From an uncultured Candidatus Saccharibacteria bacterium (GTDB lineage: Bacteria > Patescibacteriota > Dojkabacteria > SC72), in assembly GCA_964526165.1 (NCBI GenBank), contig CAZGKK010000002.1:1-33549 (forward strand): a DNA stretch of 33,549 nt. The letters run 5' to 3'. Made by a program: the position numbers and the translations under genes. This document shows positions 15,043 to 22,993 of the stretch, piece by piece. Numbering within the stretch: the first letter of the stretch is position 1; every line of letters begins with the position of its first letter. The notes beneath the pieces are model-generated. The model saw only the letters and a list, made by a program, of their open reading frames with translations. It had not been told where the DNA came from and searched no databases.

Positions 15043-18034
15043 CCTTAACTGTAATTATACTACTTAGAATCTCAGTACCATTTGAAGAGTAAGCTTTTGC
15101 ATTTATTTTTGTGTCACCTAATTCCAAATCATTTGGTATTGTAACTGACCAAGTATTGCCACTTTCCAAGACTGCATTCACTACTTTTTGCCCACTTGTC
15201 CCAATTAAAACAAACGATACACCTGCCGAAGAAATGCTACCTAAAACAGTCGCTCTTAACTTAGTAACCCCTCTGGTCACTGTCTCTCCATTAATAGGTG
15301 CTGTTAATGTCAAGGTCGGAGAGACATCTGTGACTAGCACTGAAATACTTTTTGAATCAATTTTTCCTGCTGAATCTCTTACTGTAACGGTAATGGTTAA
15401 CGAAGGAGAGCTATTAGGCACAACAAAATTAACTAGAAATGTGCTATCTGCATTTACAGTAGGAACTCCAACTCCTGGGACATCAGAGCCATTTACTTTG
15501 ACTGTAAAAGAGGAAAGCGTTCCTGCAAATCTTACAAAACCCGCGATTTCTAAAGTTTTACCTGATTGAACTTGTTGTCCACTTGTCGGAGAGGTTATAT
15601 CAATTATTGGAGCATTATCCGGTCCTAATGGTAAAGGACAATACTCTGTTTTAGGCTCTTCAAAAAGGTAAGAACCAATTCCCAGCATATATGCTCTGTA
15701 CGCTTCTACCTGACTGGGATTTTCTAGCTTAGTTGTTAACAAGATTTTAGTTGCAGTAAGGTTGTACAATTTCGCCACATCAAGATTTGTAGGTATGGAA
15801 TTATTCTCATTGCAGACCTCTACGACTTTTCTATTATCTACCTGAGGCGCTCTCCCAGCGATATAAATTGTGGCCTGCTTGTTACATTCAACTCCTTCTG
15901 CTGGAATTCCTCCAGTATCGGTACAAACAGAAGTTGTCATGATTCCAGCTGGTCTATTAAAATTAAACTCATTATATTTATCTATAACCCTACGGAAGAA
16001 TGAATTAGTAATGTCCAAGGATACTGTTGAAGACCAACCTCCCGGCATAACATCATTGTTATTGTTGCCATTCCATGCGGCTACTACCAAACTTTGATTA
16101 TATTGAAAAGCTAATAAATCTTTAGGACCATCGGTTGTTCCCGTTTTTCCACAAAGTTTTTTACCATTAATATAGAAGGATTTATTGGCATATCGATCAT
16201 TAAAACCATTGATATCACAAATCATCCAGTTAACTACATAGGCTTCCTTCTCATCAATTACTCTTTGACCTTCAGTCTCTTTGTACTCTTTCAAAACTTT
16301 ACCTTTTGAATCCTCAACTTTAAGAATAGGAGTAGTATCATGTCTCACGCCACTATTTGCCAATGTAGCATAAGCATTTGTTAGGTCAACCAACTTCATT
16401 TCTGCAGAACCTAGACCTAAACTCAATCCGTAATTAGCCTTATTTTCAATTCCTTCAATACCTAATCTCTGCATCAATTGAAGATACCCATCTATTCCTC
16501 CAACCTGAAGAGTATATACAGTGGGAATATTTCTTGAAAGCACTAAGGCTTTTCTAGCAAGGATCAAACCATCATATCCACCATCCCAGTTTTTAGGTTT
16601 GTACGGTCCAAAAGAAATGTTGTTAATATCTGGGGTAAGTAGCCAAGGACCATATCCTTTGTTAATCATATTGAGATAAACAAATGGTTTAACAGAGGAA
16701 CCCGTCTGTCTCATACTTGTTGTAATATTTACATTTCCATCAATCCTAGGATCTTCAATATTCCAATAATCTACGGAACCTACCATAGCTAAAACCTGAC
16801 CGTTTTTAGGGTCCATAACTACCATAGCACCATTGTGAACATTGTGCCTAAGATTTTCAGCAACACCTTTAGTTATTTCTTCTTCTGCGATACCTTGCAG
16901 CGTTAAATCTAATGAGGTCGTTACTTTTAAGCCACCCCTTTGAACCATTTCTGGACCAAATTCCTCTTCTAATAAACCCTTTACATAAAATACAAAATGG
17001 GGTGCTTTGATATCTATTCTGTTTGTTTTGTAGACTAATTCTTCTTCTCTTGCAGCGTCAATATCATCTTTTGATACTCCTAAAATTCTTTTTTTATCTT
17101 CCAACTGATCTAAAACATAATTTTGTCTTACTTTTGCCATCTCTGGGTTACTTCCAAATAGAGGAGAGTAGATACTCGGACCCTGAATTAATCCTGCTAT
17201 AAGGGCACTTTCCGCCAAAGATAAATCATTAACATCTTTTCCAAAATATGAATTCGCTGCAGCTTGAAAACCGTAATTTACACCCCCTAAAGGAATCTCA
17301 TTCATATACATCTGAAGAATTTCATCTTTGGTAAATGTTTGCTCTACTTGCATTGTGATGAGAGCTTCTTTTATTTTTCTAGAAAGTGTTCTTTCATACA
17401 CTTCATCCCCAAGAAGGTCCTTAAGCAATGTAGTTTTAACTAATTGTTGTGTGAGAGTACTTCCACCCCTTACCACCTTTCCTCCCCGAATGTTTTGTAT
17501 AAAAGCTTTTATAATTCCTAAATAATCTAAGCCCTTATGCTGATAAAACTCAGCATCTTCTGCTGCAAGAAGTGCCTTTTTAGTATGCTCCGGTATCTTA
17601 TCAATTGGTACAAATTCTCTGTTCTCGTCTCCGAAAATTGTATATAACAAATTTCCATTTCTATCTAAAATTTGAGTGCTTTGATCAGAAGACCTATCTA
17701 CTAATTGATCTGGTGCTGGGAGTGCATCCCCAATCCTCTTTAAATAAACACCTAAAACTATTAGGCCAACACAGCCTATGAAAAAGGCCACTCCAAGTAC
17801 AACATATACTACTTTGCGAACTTTTTTCTTAAATTGAGGTGCAGGACCATTTTTCTTACCTTTTGAAGATTTTTTCTTATTACTTATTGAATTCGAAGAA
17901 TATTTCTTCAAATTCATATATTTATTAAATCCAAGAGGAGGAATAGTTCTCGATGCATTTCGTACACCCTTTCTCTGAACCTTTGATGTACCATATCTTT
18001 TTCTTGATTCGGAAAATCCAATACTGTATTTCAT
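15035..18034 (-). CDS. Class A penicillin-binding protein (PBP1A-type transglycosylase/transpeptidase) with C-terminal Ig-like extension
   Basis: 999-aa ORF with a basic cytoplasmic tail and one TM helix. GT51 motifs are EDAEFYQHKGLD and RGGSTLTQQL. Transpeptidase motifs are SSVK (SxxK), SRN (SxN) and KTGTT. The last ~200 aa are beta-rich repeats. The 3' end overlaps the pheT stop by 8 nt. Confidence 0.85.
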   Translation of the reverse strand: MKYSIGFSESRKRYGTSKVQRKGVRNASRTIPPLGFNKYMNLKKYSSNSISNKKKSSKGKKNGPAPQFKKKVRKVVYVVLGVAFFIGCVGLIVLGVYLKRIGDALPAPDQLVDRSSDQSTQILDRNGNLLYTIFGDENREFVPIDKIPEHTKKALLAAEDAEFYQHKGLDYLGIIKAFIQNIRGGKVVRGGSTLTQQLVKTTLLKDLLGDEVYERTLSRKIKEALITMQVEQTFTKDEILQMYMNEIPLGGVNYGFQAAANSYFGKDVNDLSLAESALIAGLIQGPSIYSPLFGSNPEMAKVRQNYVLDQLEDKKRILGVSKDDIDAAREEELVYKTNRIDIKAPHFVFYVKGLLEEEFGPEMVQRGGLKVTTSLDLTLQGIAEEEITKGVAENLRHNVHNGAMVVMDPKNGQVLAMVGSVDYWNIEDPRIDGNVNITTSMRQTGSSVKPFVYLNMINKGYGPWLLTPDINNISFGPYKPKNWDGGYDGLILARKALVLSRNIPTVYTLQVGGIDGYLQLMQRLGIEGIENKANYGLSLGLGSAEMKLVDLTNAYATLANSGVRHDTTPILKVEDSKGKVLKEYKETEGQRVIDEKEAYVVNWMICDINGFNDRYANKSFYINGKKLCGKTGTTDGPKDLLAFQYNQSLVVAAWNGNNNNDVMPGGWSSTVSLDITNSFFRRVIDKYNEFNFNRPAGIMTTSVCTDTGGIPAEGVECNKQATIYIAGRAPQVDNRKVVEVCNENNSIPTNLDVAKLYNLTATKILLTTKLENPSQVEAYRAYMLGIGSYLFEEPKTEYCPLPLGPDNAPIIDITSPTSGQQVQSGKTLEIAGFVRFAGTLSSFTVKVNGSDVPGVGVPTVNADSTFLVNFVVPNSSPSLTITVTVRDSAGKIDSKSISVLVTDVSPTLTLTAPINGETVTRGVTKLRATVLGSISSAGVSFVLIGTSGQKVVNAVLESGNTWSVTIPNDLELGDTKINAKAYSSNGTEILSSIITVKVI

Positions 18035-18040
18035 ACTTGT

Positions 18041-18046
18041 ATATTA
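18041..18046 (-). promoter_or_regulatory. -10-like box TAATAT, 6 nt upstream of the PBP ATG (minus strand)
   Basis: The minus strand reads GGCATAATATACAAGT-ATG. That gives TAATAT (18046..18041), spacer ACAAGT, ATG at 18034. Confidence 0.4.
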
Positions 18047-18110
18047 TGCCCTGATTTTAATGAAAATATCAAGCAATATCATTTTTTTATTCAATAACAA
18101 TAAATACTTG

Positions 18111-18119
18111 TGATATAAT
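18111..18119 (+). promoter_or_regulatory. Extended -10 box TGATATAAT, 6 nt upstream of the hisS ATG (leaderless-type promoter)
   Basis: TGATATAAT at 18111..18119, spacer GATATT, ATG at 18126. Confidence 0.55.
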
Positions 18120-18125
18120 GATATT

Positions 18126-19427
18126 ATGAAAAACGAAATAAAACCACAAACATTAAAGGGTTTTAATGATTACTTTTCTGATGATATGAGAATACGTAAT
18201 TTCATTAGAGACTCTTTTAGAGAATTAGCACAAGAGTACGGATTTGAACCTCTTGAAACTCCAGCCCTTGAATATTCTGAATTAATATTAGGGCAGAGTG
18301 GTGCAGAGGCTGAAAAACTTTATTACAAATTCAAGGATAACGGTGACAGGGATGTCATGCTGAAATATGAATTGATGATACCTATGTGTAGGGCTGTAGC
18401 ACAAAATATAAACAAAATCTCTTTTCCTTACAAAAGGTTTCAAATTCAAAATGTCTGGAGAGCAGAGAATGTTCAGAAAGGTAGAATGAGAGAATTTACC
18501 CAAATGGATATTGATATTCTAGGAACTGCTTCAGCAATTTCAGATGCAGAGATTATACAATTTGGATTAGATTTTCTTAAGAAAATCGGTTTTAAAAAAT
18601 ATCAAGTAAGACTTAACAGTAGAGAGATCATTCAGGGTCTAGTGGATGTATTACAAATTGATAAGGAAAAATTTGAGGCTATTTATATTGCAATTGACAA
18701 ACTAGGCAAAATTGGAGAAGATGATGTAAGAGCAGAATTAACTCAGAATAACAAGATTGAAAAAGGAAAAATAGACAAACTTCTAGAGATATTAAAAATG
18801 AATGATTTGGAAAAGATTTCTGAAATTCTTGCTTCTTCTGAATCTGGGGAAAAAGGTATCTCAAACATTAAATCTATTCTTTCTATTTTACAGAAAGCTG
18901 GAATAGAAGGAGATCTCATAAAATTCGACCTGTCTCTTGCAAGGGGCTTAGCATCATATACTGGGGCGGTATGGGAATTCGAAGTAATTGATGGAAATGT
19001 AGGTTCTGTAAGTGGTGGTGGCCGTTATGACAAAGCAGTAAGCAAATATATTGGAAGAGAAATTCCTGCGACAGGGACTTCATTTGGGCTTGAAAGATTA
19101 ACTGAAATAATGAAAGAGAAAAAAATCATAGATACTTTTTCGGAGAAAAACTCAACCTTAATCATACCTTTGGATGAAAACTCTCTAGAATATTCATTTT
19201 TTGTAGCAAGCAAATTAAGAGAGAAGAAAATTGAAACCACTCTTTTCCCTGATTTTACAAAGCTTAAAGATTCATTAAGATATGCTGATAGAAAAAGATT
19301 TGCTTGGGTTATTATAATTGGAGAAAATGAAATTTCAAATAACACAATTCAATTAAAGAATATGATAAGAAAAGAGCAATTTTCAATTGACATTGAAAAC
19401 GCAATAAAGGAAATATTATCAAAGTAA
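18126..19427 (+). CDS. hisS: Histidyl-tRNA synthetase
   Basis: 433-aa ORF with LKGFNDYF, YKFKDNGDRDVMLKYELM, motif 2 FQIQNVWRAENVQKGRMREFTQMD and motif 3 GGGRYD. The C-terminal anticodon-binding domain is present. Confidence 0.9.
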   Translation: MKNEIKPQTLKGFNDYFSDDMRIRNFIRDSFRELAQEYGFEPLETPALEYSELILGQSGAEAEKLYYKFKDNGDRDVMLKYELMIPMCRAVAQNINKISFPYKRFQIQNVWRAENVQKGRMREFTQMDIDILGTASAISDAEIIQFGLDFLKKIGFKKYQVRLNSREIIQGLVDVLQIDKEKFEAIYIAIDKLGKIGEDDVRAELTQNNKIEKGKIDKLLEILKMNDLEKISEILASSESGEKGISNIKSILSILQKAGIEGDLIKFDLSLARGLASYTGAVWEFEVIDGNVGSVSGGGRYDKAVSKYIGREIPATGTSFGLERLTEIMKEKKIIDTFSEKNSTLIIPLDENSLEYSFFVASKLREKKIETTLFPDFTKLKDSLRYADRKRFAWVIIIGENEISNNTIQLKNMIRKEQFSIDIENAIKEILSK

Positions 19428-19460
19428 CTCTTATGGACAAAGCTTTCCTTCACCTCTCCA

Positions 19461-20075
19461 ATGAAAACAAATAATTCTAAGAATATCTTTCTTTTCTCTA
19501 AAGACCTATTTCTCCTCGAAAAAATTCGCAAAGATATATATCTCTTGAATATTCAAATTTCGCTCTTCGTAAACAAGAAAGATTTTATTCAATGCAACAA
19601 ACAGGATTTAATAATAATTGACCAACGTTATTTTAAAGATTTAGAAATACTTCCAAAGTCTTACTTTACTAAAATCATTTACATTACAAATAATTCTTCA
19701 TCCGACAATATTGAAAAAATTCTACAAAACAAAGCTAACAATATTCTATTTATACCGCTAAATTACACTTTTTTATTCTGCCTAATCAAAAGGTATTTGG
19801 GACAGATAGAAACAAAGGAATGTAAAGAGTCTATATATCATGGGTTAGCTCTTTGTAAAGATTCCTCTTCTATTACCTACAATCAATGTAAGGTTTTTTT
19901 AACTGAAAACGAGTTTAAGACAATACAGGGAATTATTACTAACAGTCTTGATTCATCTATCTTAGATGCTACTTTACAGGTAACTGTTTGTCGAATAAAT
20001 AAGAAATGTAAAGAAGGGATAGGGTTGAGATTAGTAAAAAAAAGAAGAAAGAAAGATTATTACATTACAATTTAA
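19461..20075 (+). CDS. Hypothetical protein, possibly an atypical orphan OmpR/PhoB-type response regulator (degenerate receiver + winged helix)
   Basis: 204-aa ORF with a receiver-like alternating pattern (NIFLFSKD, DLIIIDQ, KIIYITNN, ILFIPLN). The C-terminal part resembles a winged helix (VFLTENEFKTIQGII ... CRINKKCK ... LVKKRRKKDYYI). No histidine kinase is adjacent. The call is by eye only. Confidence 0.4.
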   Translation: MKTNNSKNIFLFSKDLFLLEKIRKDIYLLNIQISLFVNKKDFIQCNKQDLIIIDQRYFKDLEILPKSYFTKIIYITNNSSSDNIEKILQNKANNILFIPLNYTFLFCLIKRYLGQIETKECKESIYHGLALCKDSSSITYNQCKVFLTENEFKTIQGIITNSLDSSILDATLQVTVCRINKKCKEGIGLRLVKKRRKKDYYITI

Positions 20076-22675
20076 ATTTTCTTTTTCCATTCAACAATTT
20101 TCTTTAATGCCTCTAACGGTGTTAAATTATCCGTATCAATCTTTTGAATCTCTTTCTCTATAATGGAATTTTTTATTGAAAATAGAGGGTACTGCTGTGA
20201 TTTATTAGTTAATGTATCATTTCCAATTTTTGAAGAGAAGGATACTTCCCTCAAACTGTTCTTGGAAGGAAAGAGAATATTTTGCTCAAATCCTTCAAGA
20301 ATCTCATTTGCTCTCTTTATTATTTTCTCTGGCAATCCTGCCATTTTAGCAACATATATTCCATAGCTTCTATCAGTACCTCCTTCGACAATTTTTCTCA
20401 AAAATATCACTTCACCTTTTTCTAGATTCTCTTCGACAAGAACATTGTAATTTTTAACCTCAACGGGAAATTTCTCAGAAAGTTTTAAAAGCTCATGGTA
20501 ATGTGTTGCGAAGAGCGTCCTAGCCTTTAGTTCTCTAATAATATACTCCGCTAATGCCCATGCAATACTAACACCATCATAAGTACTCGTCCCCCTTCCA
20601 ATTTCATCTAAAACTATCAAACTAAATTTTGTGGCGTTGTTGATAATATTTGCAGCTTCGTCCATTTCAACCATAAAGGTACTTCTTCCTCTAGCTAAGT
20701 CATCGGAAGCTCCTACTCTTGTAAAAATCCTATCAACTATTGATATTGATGCTTTCTTTGCTGGTACAAAAGATCCTATTTGAGCCATTAGTACAATTAT
20801 AGCCACCTGCCTAATGTATGTCGATTTACCAGACATATTTGGACCAGTAAGAATACACATACTTCCCTTTTTCAGAGAGATTTCTGTATTGTTCGAAATA
20901 AAGTTTTGAGTGTCAAGGGATTCAATAATTGGATGACGCCCATTTTCTATTTGTATCAAGCCATCATTCTCACCCATTTCAAATATTTCAGGAGAAATAT
21001 ATTCAAATTCATTTGCAATAAAGGCGAAATTGGCTAGCACATCAATTCTTGCAATAGTCTGAGACAAAATTTGTAGTTTATTAAGATTGGGAAGAAGTGT
21101 TTCTCGGAATTCATTAAATATCTTCAGTTCTAAAATACACAATCTGTCATGTGCATTTAGAATGATGTCTTCCCTCTCTTTCAGCTCTTCTGTGATGAAT
21201 CTCTCAGAATTTACTAGAGTTTGCTTTCTTATATATCTATCAGGGACTTTATCATAATGAGCTCTAGTTACTTCAATATAATAACCAAAGACACTGTTAA
21301 ATCTAACCTTTAGTGAAGAAATACCTGTTGTTTTTTTTTCATTTTCTTCAAATGCCCTTAGCCAATTCTTACTATCTCCAGAGAGAGTTTTTAACTCGTC
21401 AATTTCTTTACTAAAGCCATCTTTGATTAATCCTCCCTCTGTTAAAACAACAGGAGGATCATCGTATATGATTTTTGAAATTTTCTTAATTAATTCCTTG
21501 TTGAAGTTTCTATCTATTGTTTTGAAATTGATTCCTAATTCCTTGTCTAGGATATTAAGGATATCCTCGGAATAACTCAATGAACTCTCTAGTGCTTTGA
21601 TATCTCTCGCATTAGCACGATTCAATCCAATTTTCCCAACAATTCTTTCAATATCATTAATGCCTTCAAGTTTTTCTCTAAGTAAAGATAAAAGCTCCTT
21701 GTTTTCAAATAACTTGCGTACAAATGTTAATCGTTCTTCTATCTCCCTTTTTGAAATTAATGGATTAAGAATCCAAGAATACAACAATCTAGTTCCCATT
21801 CTTGTATTAGTATTATTCAAGATTGAAAAGAGAGAATTGCTAATTCCCCCATTAGAGGAATTGGATACTAGTTCTAAATTTCTTATAGTTGCTTTATCAA
21901 GAACCATTGTACTGTTTAATGAAACATGTTTTGGCTTTAATATATGTTTTGGATTCATTAATTGGGTATCCACGATGTATTTTAAAATCATGGCTATTGA
22001 AATCGTTGCCTCTGAATCATCTTCTAAACCAAGTGAGTGAATGTTGTTTATCGAGTAAAAATCCTTAATGATTTCTTCGCAATATTTAATATTTTTTAAT
22101 CCCTTATCTAGGAATTGCACAGGGAGAGAACTTAAATTTTCGTCATTTTGACCTTCCAGTAATAAAATTTCAACAGGATTATATGCAGATAGGATTGAAT
22201 TGATGAAACCCTTTCCAGAACCTTCATTAAGTAGTATAAATTCTCCTGTTGTAATATCAGCAAGGGAAACAAAGATCCTTTTAGGGGAGATGTAAAAAGA
22301 AGCTAAATATGAGTTATGAAAAATATTTGCTTCTTCGCCATCAACTGTACCGGGAGTGACAATTCTTGTTACCCCTCGCTTCACTATTCCTTTTGCAAAT
22401 TTGGGGTCTTCAAGTTGGTCTACAACTACTACGCAGTAACCTGCTTCTATGAATTTGGGAAGGTATTGCTCTATAGCCTTATGTGGAAAACCAGCGAGTA
22501 GGGTGGCATTTTCTCTCTTATCTCTTTTAGTCAAGGTAATGTTTAGGACACGAGAGGCGGTTTTTGCATCTTCACCAAAAGTTTCAAAGAAATCACCCAT
22601 ACGAAAGAGCACAATTTTATCTGGGTATTGCTTTTTAAAGCTCAAGAATTGTTTCATCATAGGGGTTTCATTCAT
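20072..22675 (-). CDS. mutS: DNA mismatch repair protein MutS
   Basis: The N-terminus MNETPMMKQFLSFKKQYPDKIVLFRMGDFFETF is typical of MutS, and Walker A is GPNMSGKST. A clamp-binding-like QQYPLF lies near the C-terminus. The ORF track starts at a TTG (22705), but that lies upstream of the predicted -10, so ATG 22675 is preferred. Confidence 0.9.
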   Translation of the reverse strand: MNETPMMKQFLSFKKQYPDKIVLFRMGDFFETFGEDAKTASRVLNITLTKRDKRENATLLAGFPHKAIEQYLPKFIEAGYCVVVVDQLEDPKFAKGIVKRGVTRIVTPGTVDGEEANIFHNSYLASFYISPKRIFVSLADITTGEFILLNEGSGKGFINSILSAYNPVEILLLEGQNDENLSSLPVQFLDKGLKNIKYCEEIIKDFYSINNIHSLGLEDDSEATISIAMILKYIVDTQLMNPKHILKPKHVSLNSTMVLDKATIRNLELVSNSSNGGISNSLFSILNNTNTRMGTRLLYSWILNPLISKREIEERLTFVRKLFENKELLSLLREKLEGINDIERIVGKIGLNRANARDIKALESSLSYSEDILNILDKELGINFKTIDRNFNKELIKKISKIIYDDPPVVLTEGGLIKDGFSKEIDELKTLSGDSKNWLRAFEENEKKTTGISSLKVRFNSVFGYYIEVTRAHYDKVPDRYIRKQTLVNSERFITEELKEREDIILNAHDRLCILELKIFNEFRETLLPNLNKLQILSQTIARIDVLANFAFIANEFEYISPEIFEMGENDGLIQIENGRHPIIESLDTQNFISNNTEISLKKGSMCILTGPNMSGKSTYIRQVAIIVLMAQIGSFVPAKKASISIVDRIFTRVGASDDLARGRSTFMVEMDEAANIINNATKFSLIVLDEIGRGTSTYDGVSIAWALAEYIIRELKARTLFATHYHELLKLSEKFPVEVKNYNVLVEENLEKGEVIFLRKIVEGGTDRSYGIYVAKMAGLPEKIIKRANEILEGFEQNILFPSKNSLREVSFSSKIGNDTLTNKSQQYPLFSIKNSIIEKEIQKIDTDNLTPLEALKKIVEWKKKI

Positions 22676-22682
22676 ATCTTGT

Positions 22683-22691
22683 AGTATACCA
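22683..22691 (-). promoter_or_regulatory. Extended -10 box TGGTATACT, 7 nt upstream of the mutS ATG (leaderless-type promoter)
   Basis: The minus strand reads TGGTATACT-ACAAGAT-ATG(22675). Confidence 0.5.
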
Positions 22692-22810
22692 TAGACCTCG
22701 ACCAAACCTCACCCCTGTTAACGAACATTTAACATTTTACTAAGGTTTCCTTCTACTAGCTTTTTATCTTGTTATACGTCTCCCTAACACAAAACTCTTT
22801 ACAAAATATA

Positions 22811-22860
22811 AGCTGCGGACTAGGGAGCCCTAATAGAATGCTTCTTTCTTTAGGATTAAC
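22811..22860. repeat. Copy 1 of a ~50-nt imperfect direct repeat in the mutS/pps-like intergenic region
   Basis: AGCTGCGGACTAGGGAGCCC... aligns without gaps to 22907..22956. The first 20 nt match at 17/20 and the full 50 nt at 34/50. Confidence 0.7.
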
Positions 22861-22906
22861 AAATGATGAAGGGAGAAGAGGTTTGAACCTGGTCCTTAAC
22901 TCGAGA

Positions 22907-22956
22907 AGCTGAGGTCTAGGGAGCCATGTCGGAAAGAATTTTTCTCAAGGATATAA
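22907..22956. repeat. Copy 2 of the ~50-nt imperfect direct repeat
   Basis: AGCTGAGGTCTAGGGAGCCA..., offset exactly 96 nt from copy 1. Confidence 0.7.
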
Positions 22957-22993
22957 GATTGTGATTGGGGGTTTTAGGTTTTAACCTAGCCGT

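Noticed and set aside
15111-15569. 152-aa plus-strand ORF inside the PBP gene, with similar antisense or internal ORFs at 10487..10882, 13023..13340, 14454..14855, 21597..22040 and 23994..24467
   Set aside because: All lie entirely within, and antisense to, long ORFs that have strong family motifs. Their Ser/Leu/Phe-rich composition is typical of shadow frames in AT-rich coding DNA.
18036-18050. dif-like recombination site (TGTATATTATG matches the central region plus the start of the XerD arm of E. coli dif)
   Set aside because: Neither flanking arm matches a Xer-binding half-site. The string coincides with the AT-rich -10 region of the PBP promoter, and an 11-nt AT-rich match is weak evidence in this composition.
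22676-22705. TTG start (22705) proposed by the ORF track for mutS
   Set aside because: The conserved MutS N-terminus begins at MNETPMMKQF (ATG 22675). The TTG lies upstream of the TGGTATACT -10 box, so it would fall outside the predicted transcript.
22871-22900. tRNA- or tmRNA-like T-arm (minus strand CCAGGTTCAAACCTC)
   Set aside because: The GGTTCAAAC string resembles a T-loop. However, the flanking 5-nt segments do not pair (CCAGG versus CTCTT), and no acceptor stem, CCA end or tag reading frame can be built.
22907-22950. SRP (4.5S) RNA domain IV (GTCGGAAAGAA resembles GGUCCGGAAGGAAGCAGCC)
   Set aside because: The conserved AGCA of the asymmetric loop and the flanking helix are missing. 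The resemblance is limited to a GGAA tetraloop-like string.
22811-22956. CRISPR array
   Set aside because: There are only two imperfect copies (34/50 identity). The repeats are not palindromic in the CRISPR manner, and no cas genes are nearby.
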